The position numbers and the translations under genes were made by a program. From Lama guanicoe (taxonomy: Eukaryota): DNA of 64,000 nucleotides. The notes beneath the pieces are model-generated. The model saw only the letters and a list, made by a program, of their open reading frames with translations. It ran no database searches and was not told the origin of the DNA. Where the stretch lies: NCBI GenBank assembly GCA_013239625.1, contig MU054931.1:372001-436000 (forward strand). Reading direction: 5' to 3'. Shown in pieces: positions 61,616-64,000 of the stretch. The first letter of the stretch is position 1. Each line of letters opens with the position of its first letter.

Positions 61616-63589
61616 CATGTAAAACTTGGAAAATTGTTATTTGGGGAGTGGGTGTGAGATTTAAGATTTAAGATAATTTCAAAAGCTTATTCTAAGGAGG
61701 TTTGTTGAAAGGGGATTGTAGACATTCAGGAGGAAAGTCACACGGTCCTGCACTAGGGTGGTGGCACTGGCGGCTGGGGACAGAAGGGAGGCTCTGTGTT
61801 TGGTGTAGGTCCCGGGAAGCCTGAGACAGGGGAAAAGGCGGAGGGCTCCCTCTGTTCTGCGATTGCAGGGATCAATCGGCTTGGAAAAGGCTGACCCATG
61901 GAAAGAAATAGTGGAGTCAGGAGAATCTGTCAGTGGGGTGTTGTCTTAGGGGATGGATGAAGATTAATTCTGTCTAAACTCTGTTGAGTTTAAGCTTATA
62001 GGAACCCATCTGATAGGAAACACTCAGTAAACTAGGTGTCAACACTGGAGCTCTGGAGAAAGTTGACAGTTTCAACTACCACTTTGCGGTAGAAGAGCAG
62101 AAAAAGGCTCCAGTTCTTAGGTCCCATTTTAAGGATTTCCACCTAATATTTCCATTATAAAAATAAATGATTGTGGTATAATGAAACAGTCTCTGGGCTG
62201 GGGGACAGAAACTTGTTTAAGTCAGTTTGTTTGTCTCTTCATTATTTTTTTTTCTCCCCAGCAAACATATATTGAGCAATGCCACGTGCCAGACACTGCT
62301 CAGACCGACAAGGGCAGGAGGAACTCAGTGGCTTGCCGTCTGGTAGGAGACAGACATGCACAGCCCTGACTGCAGTACAGTGTGCTCAGTGCTCCATCCG
62401 CCATCTGCACGGGCAACAGCGATGCTCTGAGCATGGGTGTGAGCCAGTCTGCTGAGGGTGGTGGGGGGGGATGTCATGGAAGATGATTATAGAAAATGAG
62501 GTGACCCAGCTGAATCTTCAAGGAGGAAGAGCAGTTCTCCAGGCAGGAGTGAGGGTGGGGGGAAGGGAAGGCATTCCAGGAAGAGGAGACATTGTGTGGA
62601 ACTGGGGCAGCTCCCCCACCACCCCCATTTTAGGGAACTCTAAGTACTTTGGCATTGTATAATATGGGGGTAGGCATGGAGAATAATAGTTAATGAACTG
62701 AAAAGAAGGACAAGAATCCAATCATAGATGGCCTTTGGGCTCTTCTCTGGGCCACGGAGAAACATTGAGGGGTTTTGCCTTCTAGAAAAATCACAGTTGC
62801 TCTTGGTGGTGGCCTGGTGGACAGGTGGAAGGGAAACAGGGATGGCTGCAGGTGGACAAGTGAGGGGTGAGTGAGATGTTCACATTGCCCTGGTTACAAA
62901 GGATGAACTAAAAGCAACGGGAATGGAAAGTGAGGGGTAGATCTGAGAGCCAGTGAAGAGGCAGAGCTGAAAGGACTCAGTAGCTGATTAAATTTGGAAG
63001 ATAAAGGTGAGGGAGAAAGCCTTGACAGGCTCTGTGTTTCCAGCTTAAGTGACTGAATGACCTGTTCATTCTCCCCAGTACTGCTTTTTCAAAAAAATCA
63101 AATCTGTCTTCTCCTTTCAATTTCCTGTTGTGTGTAATCTGTTCTATTACTGGGGTCCAGATCTCCATCATAACTTACCTTGACGACTGCAGAAGCCTCC
63201 TCACTGTGACCTCTTGAAATTATCTACCAGACACGACCAGAGTCATCTGTCTAAAATGCAAATCAAATCATGGTTCCCCCTTACTTAAAACCCTTCACTG
63301 CATCTGCGGCAGGATTAAAATCGAAGGCCTTTAACGTGACTTATGGCCGTCTCCGTGATGCGGTCTTTCCAGCCACATCCCTTGTCACTCCCTGCCCGGG
63401 ACTTTGGACTTCAGCAACCCCCTATTTCTGTAATATCCTACCCAGACAGGGCGGGTTGGGCTGTATCTTTACTTGTGTTGTCCCCTCTTCTTACAGTGTC
63501 TTTCTTTCTCTGTTTCTCACACACACACATACACTCCCCACCCCAACCTCTTCTTTCCTCAGATCAACAACTTGATACAGGAAAATGAA

Positions 63590-64000
63590 TGTGGGGCGAA
63601 AGGAGGGCCATGTCCCAGGTCTCGACTGAGTCCCTGGGACATGTCCCGCCAAGTGTGGGTCCTTGGCTTCGCGCAGGAAGAAATTCAAGAGTGAGCCACA
63701 GCTGAGTAAAGGTAGATTTATTCAGAGAGATACAAAATCCACAGACAGAGTGCAGGCTGTCTCAGGAGGCAAGAGGAAGGCCATGAGGTGAGGGGCTGTT
63801 AGTTTTTATGGGCTCGGTAACTTCATATGCTACCAAGTGGGAGGATTTTTTCCAACTACTTTGGGGAAGGGGTGGGGATTCCCAGGAAATGGGCCACTAC
63901 CCTCTTTTTGCCCTTTTATGGTCAGCCTCGGAGCTGTCACTGCACCTGGGGGGGTGCCATTTACCGTGCTATTATGTTACAATGAGCGTGTAATGAGGCT
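63590..64000 (-). mobile_element. ERV1 LTR, MER41-like (runs off window end)
   Basis: TGT terminus at 63590; cttggcttcgcgcaggaagaaattcaagagtgagcc resembles the MER41 R/U5 region in reverse; AATAAA on the minus strand at 63717-63722. Confidence 0.7.

Noticed and set aside
1-64000. CRISPR arrays, operons, rRNA or other prokaryote-type systems
   Set aside because: The sequence is intron-containing mammalian DNA; I saw no regularly spaced repeat-spacer array or rRNA.

Overview
Mammalian genomic DNA from the conserved CADM3-ACKR1 locus, with both genes on the minus strand. It is most likely a camelid, judging by four copies of a short tRNA-derived SINE resembling tylopod Vic-1. CADM3 (nectin-like 1/SynCAM3) is complete: 9 coding exons from 48174 to 19454, all GT-AG and in frame, giving 396 aa, with a ~19.9 kb first intron. 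ACKR1 (Duffy/DARC) lies about 3.8 kb downstream, with 2 coding exons (15655-15635 and 15213-14221; 337 aa) and an intact erythroid GATA box. The rest is intronic or intergenic DNA with SINE, L1, L2, MIR, DNA-transposon and LTR relics and five N-gaps. I see no new protein-coding system. The best leads are lineage-specific ACKR1 changes (stop loss with an 8-aa extension, TM6 Pro>Leu, a remodelled N-terminus), a CCAAT/E-box/CRE promoter-like CpG island in CADM3 intron 1 with + strand splice signals, a tandem RE1/REST pair, an RFX X-box cluster in the CADM3 3'UTR, weak CADM3 polyadenylation just upstream of ACKR1, and a MER41-like LTR with altered STAT sites. Human comparisons and repeat family names are from memory and need confirming by alignment or RepeatMasker.
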